Source: the human T2T-CHM13v2.0 reference genome, Homo sapiens
Direction: 5' to 3' (one strand)
Assembly (NCBI RefSeq): GCF_009914755.1
Contig: NC_060940.1
DNA length: 64,000 nt
Shown piece by piece: positions 30,580 through 53,149 of this stretch. A program made the position numbers and the translations under genes. Every line of letters begins with the position of its first letter. The stretch's first letter is position 1. The notes under the pieces are model-generated. The model saw nothing but the letters and a program-made list of their open reading frames with translations. It searched no databases and was not told where the DNA came from.

Positions 30580-31449
30580 TAGGTGGAACTACATGCGTGT
30601 GCCACCATGCCTGGCTAATTTTTTGTATTTTTATTAGAGAGGGGGTTTCACCGTGTTAGCCAGGATGGTCTCTATCTCCCGACCTCGTGATCCGCCCGTG
30701 TCGGCCTCCCAAAGTGCTGAGATTACAGGTGTGAGCCACTGCGCCCAGCATTTTTTTTTTTTTTTTTTGAGATGGAGTCTCCCTCTGTGCCCAGGCTGGA
30801 ATGCAATGGCACAATCTCGGCTCACCTTGACCTCTACTTCCCAGGTCAAGCGATTCTCCTGCCTCAGCCTTACAAGTAGCTGGGATTACCGGCACACGTC
30901 ACCACGCCTGGCTAATTTTTATATATTTAGTAAAGATGGGGTTTCACCATGTTGGCCACGCAGGTTTCAAACTCCTGACCTCAAGTGATCTGCCCACTTT
31001 GGCCTCCCAAAGTGCTGGGATTACAGGTGTGAGCCACCGTGCCTGGCTTGGCTAATTTTTAGAATGTTTGTAGAGAAGGGTTCTAGCTAATGTTGCCCAG
31101 TCTGGTCTCAAATTTCTAGGCTCAAGTGATCCTCTCACCTCGGCCTTTCGGAGTGCTAGGATTACAGTCATGAGCCACTTCGGCTGGCTCCAGATTAAAT
31201 CTTAAACCAGTTATTAGCTTTTTGTGATTTTCAAGGTCTGGCACTTCTTTTTTTCTTTCTTTCTTTCTTTTTTTTTTTTTTTGAGGCAGTGTCATGCTGT
31301 GTCGCCCAGGCTGGACTGCAGTGGTGCGGTCATGGCTCACTGCAACCTCTGCCTCTCAGGCTCAAATGATCCTCTCACCTCAACCTTCTGAGTAGCTGGG
31401 ACCACAAGCATGTGTCACCATGCCCAGCTAATTTTAGTATTTTTGGTAG

Positions 31450-31599
<150 letters not shown>

Positions 31600-31758
31600 T
31601 CATGACCGTAGACTTTTGAAGATTATAGGTCAGTTATTTTGTAGAATGTCCCTCAGTTTGGGTTTGTCTGATATTTCCTTGTGATTCTCATGTCACTTTG
31701 CCTTTACTATTGTATTGTATCGAGACGAGGTTCACCATGTTACCCAGGCTAGTCTTGA

Positions 31759-32445
<687 letters not shown>

Positions 32446-32584
32446 TGATCTGCCCGCCTCGGCCTCCCAAAGTGCTGGGATTACAGGCATGAGCCACTGC
32501 GCCCGGCCCCAGGCTGGTCTTAACTAGGTTCCTTTCTGTCTGTCTCCTTCCTCCTCAGATATGCCTAAAACATGGCCCTGATGA

Positions 32585-33400
<816 letters not shown>

Positions 33401-33998
33401 AGTGTCTATTATAATATATATATTTTTAATTCCTCCCCCCACCTTTTTTTTTTTGAGGCAAGGTCTCGCTCTGTCCCCCAGGCTGGAGTGCAGTGGCACC
33501 ATCATGGCTCACTGTAGACTCGACCACCCAGGCTCAGGCAGTTCTCTAGCTTCAGCCTCCCAAGTAGCTAGAACTACAGGCACACAACACCATGTCCAGC
33601 TAATTTTTGTATGTATATATATATATATATATTTTTTTTTTTTGTAGAGATGGGGTTTTGGCATGTTGCCCAGGCTGGTCTCAAGCTCCTGGGCTTGAGA
33701 CCAGTCCTCCCCACCAGCCTCCCAAAGTGCTGGGATTACAGGTGTGAGCCACTGCTCCTGGCCTAATTCCTCTCATTAACTACCAAATGAAGTCCACCAC
33801 CCCTGGCTAATTTTAAAAAATTATTTAGGAGATAGGGGTCTCTCCATGTTGCTCAGGCTGGTCTCGAACTCCTGGCCTCAAGCAATCCTCTTGTTTCACC
33901 CTCCCAAGTAGCTGGGATTATAGATGCAAGCCACCATGTTCAGTTTAGATTGTACAATTTCTTTTCTTTTTTTCTTTTCTTTTTTTTTTTTTGTTTGA

Positions 33999-34163
<165 letters not shown>

Positions 34164-34344
34164 TAGTAGAGACGGGGTTTCTTCACGTTGGTCAGGCTGT
34201 TCTTGAACTCCCGACCTCAGCTGATCCTCCCGCTTCAGCCTCCCAAAGTGCTGGGATTACAGGCGTGAGCCACTGCGCCCGGCTAGATCGTACAATATCT
34301 TGAAGGCCATTATGCTGGTGTCTTCCCTTTGAAGCCCTCTTATA

Positions 34345-34370
34345 TTTTGTTGGTGCAAAAGTAATTATGG
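34345..34370 (+). mobile_element. Half MADE1/Hsmar1 terminal inverted repeat
   Basis: GTTGGTGCAAAAGTAATTATGG versus consensus GGTTGGTGCAAAAGTAATTGCGG. Confidence 0.7.
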
Positions 34371-35005
34371 GGTGGGCATGGTGGCTCACACCCATAATCC
34401 CAGCACTTTGGGAGGCCAAAGAGGGGTGGATTACTTGAAGTCAGGAGTTCAAGACCAGTCTTACCAATGTGGTGAAACCCTGTCTCTACTAAAAATACAA
34501 AATTAGCTGGGAAGACTAGTTTCCTAGACGGGGTTTCACCATGTTGTCCAGGCCGATCTCGAACTCCTGACCTTGTGATCCGCCCACCTCAGCCTCCCAA
34601 AGTGCTGGGATTACAGCCAGCCACCGCGAGCCACCGCGCCTGGCCTTATTTTTTATTTTATCTTTTTTAGAGACAGGATCTTGTTCTGTCACCTAGGCTG
34701 GAGTGCAGTGGCCTGATCATAGCTCACTGCAGCCTCGAACTCTTGGGTTTAAGTGATCCTCCCACCTCAGCCTCCTGAGTAGCTAGGACTACAGGCACAC
34801 ATACACCACCCCTGGTGGTGTGTGCCTGTAGTCCCAAACCAGTCTGAAAAGATAGATGTGGGGGCCAGGCGCAGTGGTGATGCGCGTCTGTAGTCCCAGC
34901 TACAGGACTGAGGCAGGAGAATTCCTTGAGCCTAGGATTTTTGTTTTGTTTTGTTTTTTTGAGACAGAATCTCGCTCTGTCGCCCAGGCTGGAGTGCAGT
35001 GGTAA

Positions 35006-35149
<144 letters not shown>

Positions 35150-35369
35150 TAGCCAGGATGGTCTCGGTCTCCTGACCTCATGATCCGCCTGCTTTGGCCT
35201 CCCAAAGTGCTGGTATTACAGGCGTGAGCCACCGCGCCTGGCATGAGCCTAGGAGTTCAAGGCTGCAGTGAGCTGTGATTGTGCCACTGCACTTCAGCCT
35301 GAGCGATAGAGCAAGACCTACAAAAAACAAACAAAACCCAAAACAGAATCACATGTAACACACAGCTGT

Positions 35370-35520
35370 GGACTGATTGGTTGACAAAAGTGTGGTGATC
35401 AGAGGCTGGCAGGAACTTCACCATGTATTTCCGCTAGAAGCAATGTTCAGTATTCTCTAATTCATTGTTTGTGGTGACTTTGGGGAATATAACCACCACA
35501 GAGACAAGAATCAACTTTGA
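35370..35520. mobile_element. TcMar-Tigger (MER82-like) terminal fragment
   Basis: GCAGGAAC...TGTATTTCC...AGCAATGTTCAGTATTC...AAGAATCAACT resembles a recalled Tigger-family terminus. Confidence 0.55.
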
Positions 35521-35720
35521 ATGTGTCATCCCACCACCTGCTGGCTTCCGTTGTTTCTGATGAGAAATCAACTGTCAATCTCATTGGAGTTTCCTTGTAC
35601 GCGATGAGTTGTTTTTCTCTTGCTGCTGCCAAGAGTCTCTTTTTGTCTTGTTTGTTTATTTATTTATTTATCTAATTTATTTATTTTGAGATGGAGTTTC
35701 ACTTTTGTTGCCCAGGCTGA

Positions 35721-36015
<295 letters not shown>

Positions 36016-36772
36016 TAGTAGAGGCAGGGTTTCACCATGTTGGCCAGGCTGGTCACGAACTCCTGACCTCAGGTGATCCATCCACCTTGGCCTCCCAAAG
36101 TGCTGGGATTACAGGTGTGAACCGCTGTGCCCAGCCTAATTTTTGTATTTTTGGTAGAGTGGAGTTTCACTATGTTGGCCAGGCTGGTCTCGAACTCCTG
36201 ACCTCAGGTGATCCACCTGCCTCGGCCTCCCAAGGGTTGGGATTACAGGTGTGAGCCACCATGCCTGGCCCTTGGGGTCTCTTTTTTTATGAACTGTCTG
36301 TCCCACTGGGCAAAGCCTCTGAGACCCTATTTTGGACACTGGTGGAGCAGTAGCCTCTGGTTTTCGTGGCTTGCCCCTCCTGGCATGGGATCTCTGTTCC
36401 ACAAGCAAGCTGGGAGGAGTGTGATTATGGTCCCAGTATTCTTGGACTGTCACTGATGGTACAGCCTTCATTCTATGGTGTGGGCGAGTGCTGGGTGGAG
36501 GAGAAGAGTGCCCTACTTCTTTACCACGTTCACCAGAAATGTAGCCTCTTCAATTTGGAGTTGGAGGGGATGAAAACTGGTGGCAGCATGCTCCTCCTGG
36601 TGAGATATGGTAAGCCTTGATTGGCAGCTGAGGGGAGAGGGAGCTTGTCTTCTTGGCCACATCTACTCAGAGAGCAGTTTCCTTCCAGCTGAACTGTGGG
36701 GGGAGGGCAGTCAGGAGATAGTTGGTCCTCCTGGCTTAAATGCCACAGATGGCCTGGCACAGTGGCTCATAA

Positions 36773-37755
36773 TGTTACAGGTAGTTAAACAGGCATGAGC
36801 AGGGCTGGAGAGGGCTCTTCCCCACCCACCAGGAATGTCAAGTGATGGTTCAACAATGATCACATTGCCTCTCTAAATAATTTGGCAGCCAGCGCCAGAG
36901 AGAGAGACAAGCTCCTGATGGTCCACAGCTGTTATGTTAGAGTGTTAATTGAATGCAGACACCAGGGAGAAGCAATTTCCTGGACATGTGCATTAAGAGA
37001 CAAAATAGTCTGGGCACGGTGGCTCACACCTGTAATCCCAGCAATTTGGGAGACTGAGGCGAGCGGATCACCTGAGGTCAGGAGTTCAAGACCAGTCTGG
37101 CCAATGTGGTGAAACCCCCATCTCTACTAAAAATACAAAATTAGCCAAGCGTGGTGTTGGGTGCCTGATATCCCACCTACTCAGGAGACTGAAGGAGGAG
37201 AATTGCTTGAACCCAGGAGGTGGAGGTTGCAGTGAGCTGAGATCAGGCCACTACACTCCAGCCTGGGAAACAAGAGTGAAACTGTCTCAAAAAAAAAACA
37301 AACAAACAAAAAAGAAAGAGACAAAATGATGGAGCATGACCTTCCGGGGTCAGACCACCGGAAAAGGGAAGAAAACCTCAGATAGGCATGCATACAACTT
37401 CCTACACACACTGTGCATGCTCACCTTCCCAGGGTAAGGAGGCCACTGTGCATGCAGGCAGCCCATCCTAAGGGAAGAATCATGGGAAAGGAGCCAGCCT
37501 ATAAAGTCCTAGGATCAAGGTTGAACACCACGCTTGACCTTGGTGCCCACTTGAGTCTCTTCCAAATGTACTTACCTTTCTTTCCCATTCTAAAGCCATT
37601 TAAAATAAACTTCCACTCCTGCTCTGAAACTTCCCTTGGTCTCTTTTTCTGCCTTATGCCCTGTGGTTCTTTCTTCTGTGGAGGCAAGAATTGAGGTTGC
37701 TGCAGACCCGTACAGATTTGTCACCGGTAACTTGGATAACCTTTCACCGATAACA
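36773..37755 (+). mobile_element. Solo LTR, MER50-like (ERV1), containing an Alu and itself inserted into an Alu monomer
   Basis: TGTTACAGGTAGTT...TAACA termini, TATAAA 37500-37505, AATAAA 37604-37609. Internal Alu with TSD AAGAGACAAAAT. Confidence 0.8.
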
Positions 37756-38174
37756 ATGCTTATAATCCCAGCACTTTGGGAGGCCGAGGTGGCAGGATAG
37801 CTTGAGCCCAGGAATTTGAGACCAGCTTGTGCAACATAGTGAAACCCCATCTCTACAAAATAATAATAATAAAAGTAATAAAATTCAATGCCACAGATTC
37901 TCCCTGTTCTTACTGAGTTTTAGTAGATTTTCTTGAATAAGAAAGTGAGCCAAGATTGCACCACTGCACTCCAGCCTGGGCAACAGAGCAAGACTCCATC
38001 TCAATAAAAAATAAAATTAAATGTTTATTCATCTGTTATATGACATTAGGATAATTCCAGAAACTTTAAGTGTTTATTTATTTTTAAATGGTTTTCACCA
38101 GCTTTGCTTGTTTTGCTGGGGAAAAGATCCTCAGAGCTCCGGCACTGTCATCTTAGAGCTTTGATGTCCCCCAG

Positions 38175-39525
<1,351 letters not shown>

Positions 39526-39884
39526 CTCAGCTTTTCCTTTCAGGCTTTTGGGTTAGTCTATTGCTTGCTCCAACACCTGTCTACTACTTCAGACAGTCTC
39601 AAAGTTAAAAATCCTACCTGTTATCCAATGAAGTCTCCCTGAAAAAAAATCTTGCCTGTAAATGTTTCTGATGAATGCCTCCTGGGGAGAGGGCCTTTTG
39701 CACTGGGCCAGCTCCAGTGAGGTCACATACAGATGGACTTGCAAGTGGAGTCTTCTAGGGAACCTCAAGACAGCTCCAGTAATGACAGTTCTTTGGAAAC
39801 ACAACTTTGAAAGAACTCCAGCTCCGTTTTACTCCCTCAGGGGGCTGCCAGGTTGCTCTGAGAATGTGGGCTGTTATTTTTTAA

Positions 39885-40182
<298 letters not shown>

Positions 40183-40259
40183 TGATCCACCTGCCTCGGC
40201 CTCCCAAAGTGCTGGGATTACAGGCGCTCAAGCCACCTTGCCCAGCCACTTTTTAAAAT

Positions 40260-40530
40260 TTCTTGAAAGCCACAACAAGATTTGCCTATCCCCGGTACTT
40301 TCCCCATTTTTAAAAATTTCTCAAAGGTGGTCTTCAGTGGTTCCAAAACTTTATCTTAGAAACTTTCAGCATTTTGAGGGGTGGACTGCATCCAAATCTG
40401 GGGTCTTGAACATTTCAGTTGAGTTAGTGTCCTATTATCATTCTCCACTTCTTTGGGGCTTCAATTTCCACTGAAGTGTGGACCTAAAAGCATTTTAATC
40501 TTGAGTGTCATTCTCTTTACAGAAAACACA
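40260..40530 (-). mobile_element. CR1/L3 LINE ORF2 (reverse transcriptase) relic
   Basis: Minus strand gives KTPDLDAVHP...DKVLEPLKTTFEKFLKMGKVP, matching CR1 KSPGPDGIHP...DVIAEPLSIIFEKSWRTGEVP. Confidence 0.65.
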
Positions 40531-40900
40531 GGCTGGGCACTGTGGCTCACGCCTGTAATCCTAGTACTTTGGGAGGCTGAGGCAGGCGGATCACGAAGTC
40601 AAGAGATTGAGACCATCCTGGACAACATGGTGAAACCCTGCCTCTACTAAAAATACAAAAATTAGCTGGGCGTAGTGGCACACGCCTGTAGTCCCAACTA
40701 CTCGGGAGGCTGAAACAGGAGAATTGCTTGAAACCAGGAGGCAGAGAGGTTGCAGTGAGCCGAGATCATGCCACTGCACTCCAGCCTGGCGACAGAGCAA
40801 AAATCCATCTCAAAAAAAAAAAAAAAAAAAAAGAGAGAGAGAGAGAAAACACAAACCAGGCTTGACACAGTGGCTCATTCCTGTAATCCCAGGACTTTAG

Positions 40901-41215
<315 letters not shown>

Positions 41216-41536
41216 TGATCCGCTCGCCTCGGCCTCCCAAAGTGCTGGGATTACAGGTGTGAGCCACCACACCCAGCCAAGTTTTTTTCTTTTCTTTTCT
41301 TTCTTTCTTTTTTTTTTTTTTTTCCTAAGACGGAGTCTCATTCTGTCGCCCAGGCTGGAGTGTAATGGTGGGAACTCAACTCACTGAGGCCTCTGTCTGC
41401 TAAATTCAAGCAATTCTCGTGCTTCAGCCTCCCGAGTAGCTGGGATTATAGGTGCGTGCCACCACGCCCGGCTAATTTTTGTATGTAGAGACGGGGTTTC
41501 ACCCTGTTGGCTAGGCTGGTTGAACTCCTGACCTCA

Positions 41537-41893
<357 letters not shown>

Positions 41894-42424
41894 TCATCTG
41901 TTCGTATTACAACATCTACCCTAAGCAATGGGCCTATTTCTTCCTTTTTCTTGATCCAGATATAGCTATCAAAGCCCTTTTTGTTGTCTATAGCATGTTT
42001 TGTAATCTCAGCTCATTCCGAGTTACAGCCATCCCGACACTGTTCTCATAGGTTTATGCTCAGCTTTTGTGTTTATCCCTGGGTTACGCGGCTCTTCTTA
42101 CATCTTCTTTTATTACAGAACTTCCTGTGCAGCCGCTTTGGCTCCTATAAATGCTATTCCGATTGCCTCTTCATCAGGACCCAAAAGGGATGAAGGAGTG
42201 GCTGGTTTTTTGGGGAGGCGGGAGGAGGTTGGATATTCTTGAAATGATAAATAAAATGATACATATTAGTTCAGTATTGGAACACAGATAAATATTTAGC
42301 ACATGCAATGAGATAATTGTTCATTAATTTAGCATCCTATGATTAATTTAGCATCCTAATAGTCATAGGCATTGTCTTGTTCACCTCAAGTACATTAATA
42401 CACAATTACATACTGCTTTTTCCC

Positions 42425-42800
42425 TTAGCTTTCATTTATTTACGACTGTGTGGTAAACGATCCTAAAATTTAGTGGCATGAAACAACCACCTTTTAAAAT
42501 TTTTTTTCAAATGCTCGTTGATTCTGTGGGTGGAGTTTGGGAAGGGCAAAGTGGGAAAAGCTATACTCTGCTCTGTGATGTCTGAGCCTCAGCCTCAGAT
42601 GGGGTGACCCGAACAGCCAACAGTAACTCTAATGGATGGGGAGGGAACAGCCGGGGCTGGGGATCTGCTTCGCAGATGGCTGCTTTAGTCACATGCCTGT
42701 TGCCTGCGCTGCAGTGGCAGGAGGGTAGGCTCAGGCCCAAAGGGGACTGAAAACCACGCAGCCTGTGTGTAAGGGGGCAACCCGTATGCGAAAGCACAGT
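42425..42800. mobile_element. MLT1-like MaLR LTR fragment
   Basis: AAAATTTAGTGGCATGAAACAAC...GATTCTGTGGG...GGGATCTGCTTC...AGATGGC pattern. Confidence 0.5.
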
Positions 42801-43282
42801 TGGACTTTTTTTTTTTTTTTTTTTTTGAGACAAGAGTCTCACTCTGTCACCCTGGCTGGAGTGCAGTGGTGTGATCTCAACTCACTGCAACCTCTGCCTC
42901 CTGGGTTCAAGTGATTCTCCTGCCTCAGCCTCCGAGTAGCTGCCATTACAGGCTCCCACCACCACACCTGGCTAATTTTTGTATTTTTAGTAGAGATGGG
43001 GTTTCACCATGTTGGCCATGATGGTCTCGAACTCCTGCCCTCAGAGGATCCACCTGCCAAAGTGCTGGGATTATAGGTGTGAGCCACCATGCCAGGCCTT
43101 TTCTTTTCTTTTTTTCTGAGGCAGGGTCTCAGTCTGTCACCCAGGCTGGAGGGCAGTGGTGCAATCTCAGCTCACTGCAGTCTCTACCTCCTGGGCTCCA
43201 GCAATCCTCCCATCTCAGCCTCTCAACTACAGGTGTGCGCCACTATGCCTGTCTAACTTTTTTTTTTTTTTTTTTTTTTTGA

Positions 43283-43390
<108 letters not shown>

Positions 43391-43501
43391 TAGCTGGGAT
43401 TACAGGCATGCACCACCATGCCTGGCTAATTTTGTATTTTTAGTAGAGACGGGGTTTCTCCATATTGGCCAGGATGGTCTCAAACTCCTGACCTCAGGTG
43501 A

Positions 43502-43974
<473 letters not shown>

Positions 43975-45285
43975 TGAATCACGGCACCTGGCCTCCTGGC
44001 TTTTCTTTTTCTTTGAGACAAGGTCTCACTCTGTCTCCCAGGCTGGAGTGCAGTGGTGTGATCATTGCTCACTGCAGCCTTGAACTCCTGGGCTGAAGCA
44101 ATCCTCCCATTTCAGCCCCTCAAGTGGCTAGGAGTACAGGTGCATGCCACCATATCCAGCTAATTTTTTCAATTTTTTGTAAAGATGGAGTCTTATCATG
44201 TTGCCCAGGCTTGTCTTGAACTCCTGGGCTCAAGTGATCCTCCCGCCTCGGCCTCCCAAAGTGCTGGGATTATAGGCATGAGCCGCTGAAGCTGGGCTCT
44301 ATAGGCGTATTATGAAAAACCAGGGCTCCTTCATGACCCATTTCCTGTTCCCCAGAGGCAAGAACGTTCCACCGCTTTGGCTGGGCCATTGGTATTGACT
44401 TCCATGTCTCTAAACAGCATGTTCATATTGTACTTGCTGATTTCTCGGTTTTAGGCACTACCTGTTATCATTTTGAAGGTTGAGGCTTTACAATTCTTCC
44501 ACCTCTCCCCGACAGCCCACATCTCTATTCCTACATATGCACGTGTGCACTTCCTGTTTTCATTCTTCCATGTCACTGTGCCTCGGTTCTGGGTACACAG
44601 ATATTCAGAGTCTATATCCTATAGCTATGTAAACACTGTTCACAGCTGAACCATGCCCTTTCCACAAACACTTCTTCCCTGCACTGTTTGTTCCTTCTTT
44701 CCCCTCCACCACACTGAGTTCATTATGTCACATTTTAGCTGCTGTGTTTTTTTGCTATGTAACACTAGTTCAATCCTGAATGCTACCTTGAGATGTCAAT
44801 CCTTTATCACATTCAAACATATTCCATTTTCTATTGGTTTTATTTCATATTATTTTGTTTTGTTTTATTTTGAGATAGGGTCTTGCTCTGTACCGGAGGC
44901 TGGAGTGCAGTGGTGCAATCACAGCTCACTGCAGCTTCAGCTTCCTGGGCTCCAAGCAGTCCTCCCACCTCAGCCCCCAGAATAGCTGGGACTACACATG
45001 CGTGCCACTACACCCGACTAATTTTTAAATTTTTTGTAGAGACAGGGTCTTGCAATGTTGCCCAGGCTGGTCTTGAATTCCTGAGCTCAAGTGATCTTCC
45101 TGCCTCAGCCTCCCAATGTGCTGGGATTACTGGCATCAGCCACCTCGCCCAGCTGCACCATGTATGCATTTCTAAACAGGCTTAGTTCCTGCCTGTTTTG
45201 GGCTTTATAAGAACGCACTCATGGCCAGACACAGTGGCTCACGCCTGTAATCCCAGCACTTTCAGAGGCCAAGGTGGATGGATCA

Positions 45286-45603
<318 letters not shown>

Positions 45604-45723
45604 TCAGGAGTTAGAGACTAGCCTGGCCAACATAGTGAAACCCCATCTCTACTAAAAATACAAAAATTGGCCAGGCGCACATCTGTAATCCCAGCACTTT
45701 GGGAGGCCAAGGCAGGCGGATCA

Positions 45724-46785
<1,062 letters not shown>

Positions 46786-46818
46786 CCTCTGTCTTTATTA
46801 TTATTATTATTATTTTGA

Positions 46819-46920
<102 letters not shown>

Positions 46921-47183
46921 TGAGTAGCTGGGATTACAGGTGCCCGCCACCATATGCCTGGCTAATTTTTGTATATTTAGTAGAGACGGGGTTTCACCAT
47001 GTTGACCAGGCTGGTCTCGAACTCCTGACCTCATGACCCGCCCGCCTCGGCCTCCCAAAGTGCTGGGATTACAGGTGTGAGCCACCGCTCCCGAACCTGT
47101 CTTCTATATTGGATGCCTTCCTCAAACGTGGTGAATCTTGGGGGTCTGTGCATACTAAAGCTGGAGCTATTAAAAGCCTTTTA

Positions 47184-47348
<165 letters not shown>

Positions 47349-48263
47349 TCACGCCTGTAATCTCAGCACTTTGGGAGGCCAAGGCGGGCGGGTCATGAGG
47401 TCAGGAGTTCGAGATCTGTCTGGTCAACATGGTGAAACCCCATCTCCATTAAAAATACAAAAATTAGCCAGGCGTGGTGGTGGATGCCTGTAATCCCAAC
47501 TACTCAGGAGGCTGAGGCAAGAGAATCACTTGAACAGGGAGGCAGAGGTTGCAGTGAGCTGAGATCGTGCCTCTGCACTTCAGCCGGGGCGACAGAGTAA
47601 GTCTCCATCTCAAAAAAAAATAAGAAAAAAAATAAATCAGGCACGGTGGTGCACACTTGTAGTCCCAGATACCAGGAAGGCTGAGGTGGGAGGACGATCG
47701 AGCCCACGAGTTTGAGGTTGCAGTGAGCTGTAATTGTGCTACTGCACTGCAGCCTGGGTGACAGAGTGAGACCCAATCTCAAAAACAAACAAACAAACAA
47801 AAAAAAAACCTCTCTCCACTGTGTGGCACTGTGTGCTAGGGGGTGACCTTGCTGGTGGCTTCCCAGGGAGCTCCTGATGTCAGTGTCTTCAGGACTTTCC
47901 TCTTGGCTTGATCACAGTCCCTTCAGAAGATTCTTCCAATTCCTGCCTGAAGGTGCCAATTTCTATGTCTTTTGTGGCTTCTGCAAAGAAAACCTAGCAA
48001 TTTCTCATTTTTTCCAATGCCAGCTCGATTCCACTTCCTTGGTTCTAGTAAATTGGTTACCATGAGTCCCTCTATTAGTACCTGGCTTAAACATTTTTGT
48101 TCGTATTGTCTTCTTTCCTATTCTTACTCTTCCTGTGGGTGTGTGGCATTAGAAAGATTCTCTTACTGCCATTTTATTATGTTTGGGGCAAGAACAGAAG
48201 TAAATACATGTGTTTAGTCTACTATCTTTAACCTGATGCCTTTTAACTTTTTTTTTTTTTTGA

Positions 48264-48560
<297 letters not shown>

Positions 48561-48706
48561 TAAAAGTAAACCTTGTCTTGGTTAGGCATGGTGGCTCATG
48601 TCTGTAATCACAAAATTTTGGGAGGCTAAGGCAGGAGGATTGCTTGAGGCCAGGAGTTAGAGACCAGCCTGGGCAACAGAGTGAGACTGTCTCTACATAA
48701 AATTTA

Positions 48707-48880
<174 letters not shown>

Positions 48881-48889
48881 TCATATTCT

Positions 48890-50241
<1,352 letters not shown>

Positions 50242-51024
50242 CAGGAGTTGTGTGGAGAACAATTGGAGCAGCAGATGGCAAAGAAGACCTTGAGGGCTGG
50301 GATAAGAAGACTGGATTTTCTGCTAGAAGGAATGAGAGCATTTTATCATGTTAGTCAGCTTCAGAGCCTTGCAGTAAAAACATTTGCACATTTGAATGTT
50401 GATGAAGACATTTACAAATATAGACAGGATGTGATAATTTGTACTTTTCCCTCATCCCCGGTTGGTGTGAGTGATGTCATTGATTGCACCAGTTAACAGG
50501 TGAAAAAATAGAAGTTTGGGATGTCAGGATTGTACCTGATGCTTGAGCATCATAGGTGGATGTGAAGGAAAAGGAAAACATGATCAAGGGCTGAGCAATC
50601 TGGGCCACAGGAATATCAAACTCATTTACCAATGTGTGCAGCCACCCTTAGGCTGCATGACAGATTGAGGACAGAGCTTATCTGGGCACTCATTAATTGA
50701 AAGGAGGAGATCAGTGAGAAGAAGTAGAGAAAACAAACTACTTGTCAGTTCAAACTTAATCACTTTGTTTTTTGAGACAGAGTCTCGCACTTTCGCCCAG
50801 GCTGGAGTGCAGTGGCATGATCTCGGCTCACTGCAAGCTCCGCCTCCCGGGTTCATGCCATTCTCCTGCCTCAGCCTCCTGAATAGCTGGGACTACAGGC
50901 ACCCGCCACCACGCCCGGCTAATTTTTTGTATTTTTAGTAGAGACGGGGTTTCGCCGTGTTAACCAGGATGGTCTCGATCTCCTGACCCCGTGATCCCCC
51001 GACCTCGGCCTCCCAAAGTGCTAG

Positions 51025-51377
<353 letters not shown>

Positions 51378-51786
51378 TAGTCTTGCTCTGTCACCCAGGC
51401 TGGAGTGCAGTGGCTCAATCTATGTTCACTGCAACCTCCGCCTCCTAGGTTCAAGTGATTCTCCTGCCTCAAACTCCTGAGTGGCTGGGATTACAGGTGC
51501 GTGACACCACGCCCAGCTAATTTTTGTATTTTTAGTAGAGAGAGGGTTTTACCATGTTGGCCAGGCTGGTCTCAAATTCCTGGCCTCAGGTGATCTGCCC
51601 GGCTCAGGCTCCCAAAGGGCTGCGAATCCAGGCGTGAGCCACCGTGCCCGGCCCGGTTTATATTTTAGAAGGGTAATACAGTAAGTTGACAGTAAGAGAG
51701 CCCTTATCTCTTTTCTTTTCCTTTTTTGTTCTCCTTTCATATTCCATCATTGAAAGGTAGGAACATACAGCATAACTTAAAATTAG

Positions 51787-52016
<230 letters not shown>

Positions 52017-52963
52017 TGAGGCTGGACTCGATCTCCTGATCTTGGGATCCACCCGCCTTGGCTTCCCAAAATGCTGGGATTACAGGCATGAACCACCACA
52101 CCCAGCCACCTTTTTTTTTTTTTTCTTTTTCTTTTTGAAGACAGAATCTTGCTCTGTTGCCCAAGCTGGAGTGCAGTGGCGCAATCTCAGCTCAATGTAG
52201 CCCCCACCTCCTGGGTTCAAGTGAGTCTCCTGCCTCAGGCTCCCGAGCAGCTGGGATTACAGGCATCCGCCATCACACCTGGCTAATTTTTGTATTTTTA
52301 GTACAGACGAGGTTTCACCATGTTGGTCAGGCTGGTCTCGAACTCCTGACCTCAAGTGATCCGCCCGCCTCAGCCTCTCAAAGTGCTAGGATTACTGGTG
52401 TGAGCCACTGCGCCTGGCCCATATAACCTTTTTAAAAAATAACAGCTTTATTGGAATATAAAACATACACCATTAAGTTTACCCTTTCAAAGTGTACAGT
52501 TTGGTGGGTTTGGTTTTTAGTTGATTCACAAAGTTCATCTGTCACCACTATGTAATTCCAAAATATTTTCACCCCAGGAAGAAACTCTATACTAATTGGC
52601 AGCCACTCCCTGTCCCCTCCCTACTCCCCAAGTCCCTGGCAACCACTAATCTAATTATTGTCTCCATGGATTTGCCTATTCTGGACAGACCACATGTAAA
52701 GTTTTTGCTTAATCTGATTAATTGATAGGTTCCACTTTTACAGATAAATAGCTTTTCATGTCAGCAAAAATGAAAGATTTAAAATGTAGTACTAGGCTGG
52801 TCACAGTGGCTCACGCCTGTAATCCTAACACTTTGGGAGGCCAAGCTAGGTGGATCACTTGAGCTCAGGCATTCAACACCAGCTTGAGCAACATGGCAAA
52901 ACCCGGTCTCTACAACAAATACAAAAAATTAGCCGGGTGTGGTGGTGCATGCCTGTGCTCTCA

Positions 52964-53149
<186 letters not shown>

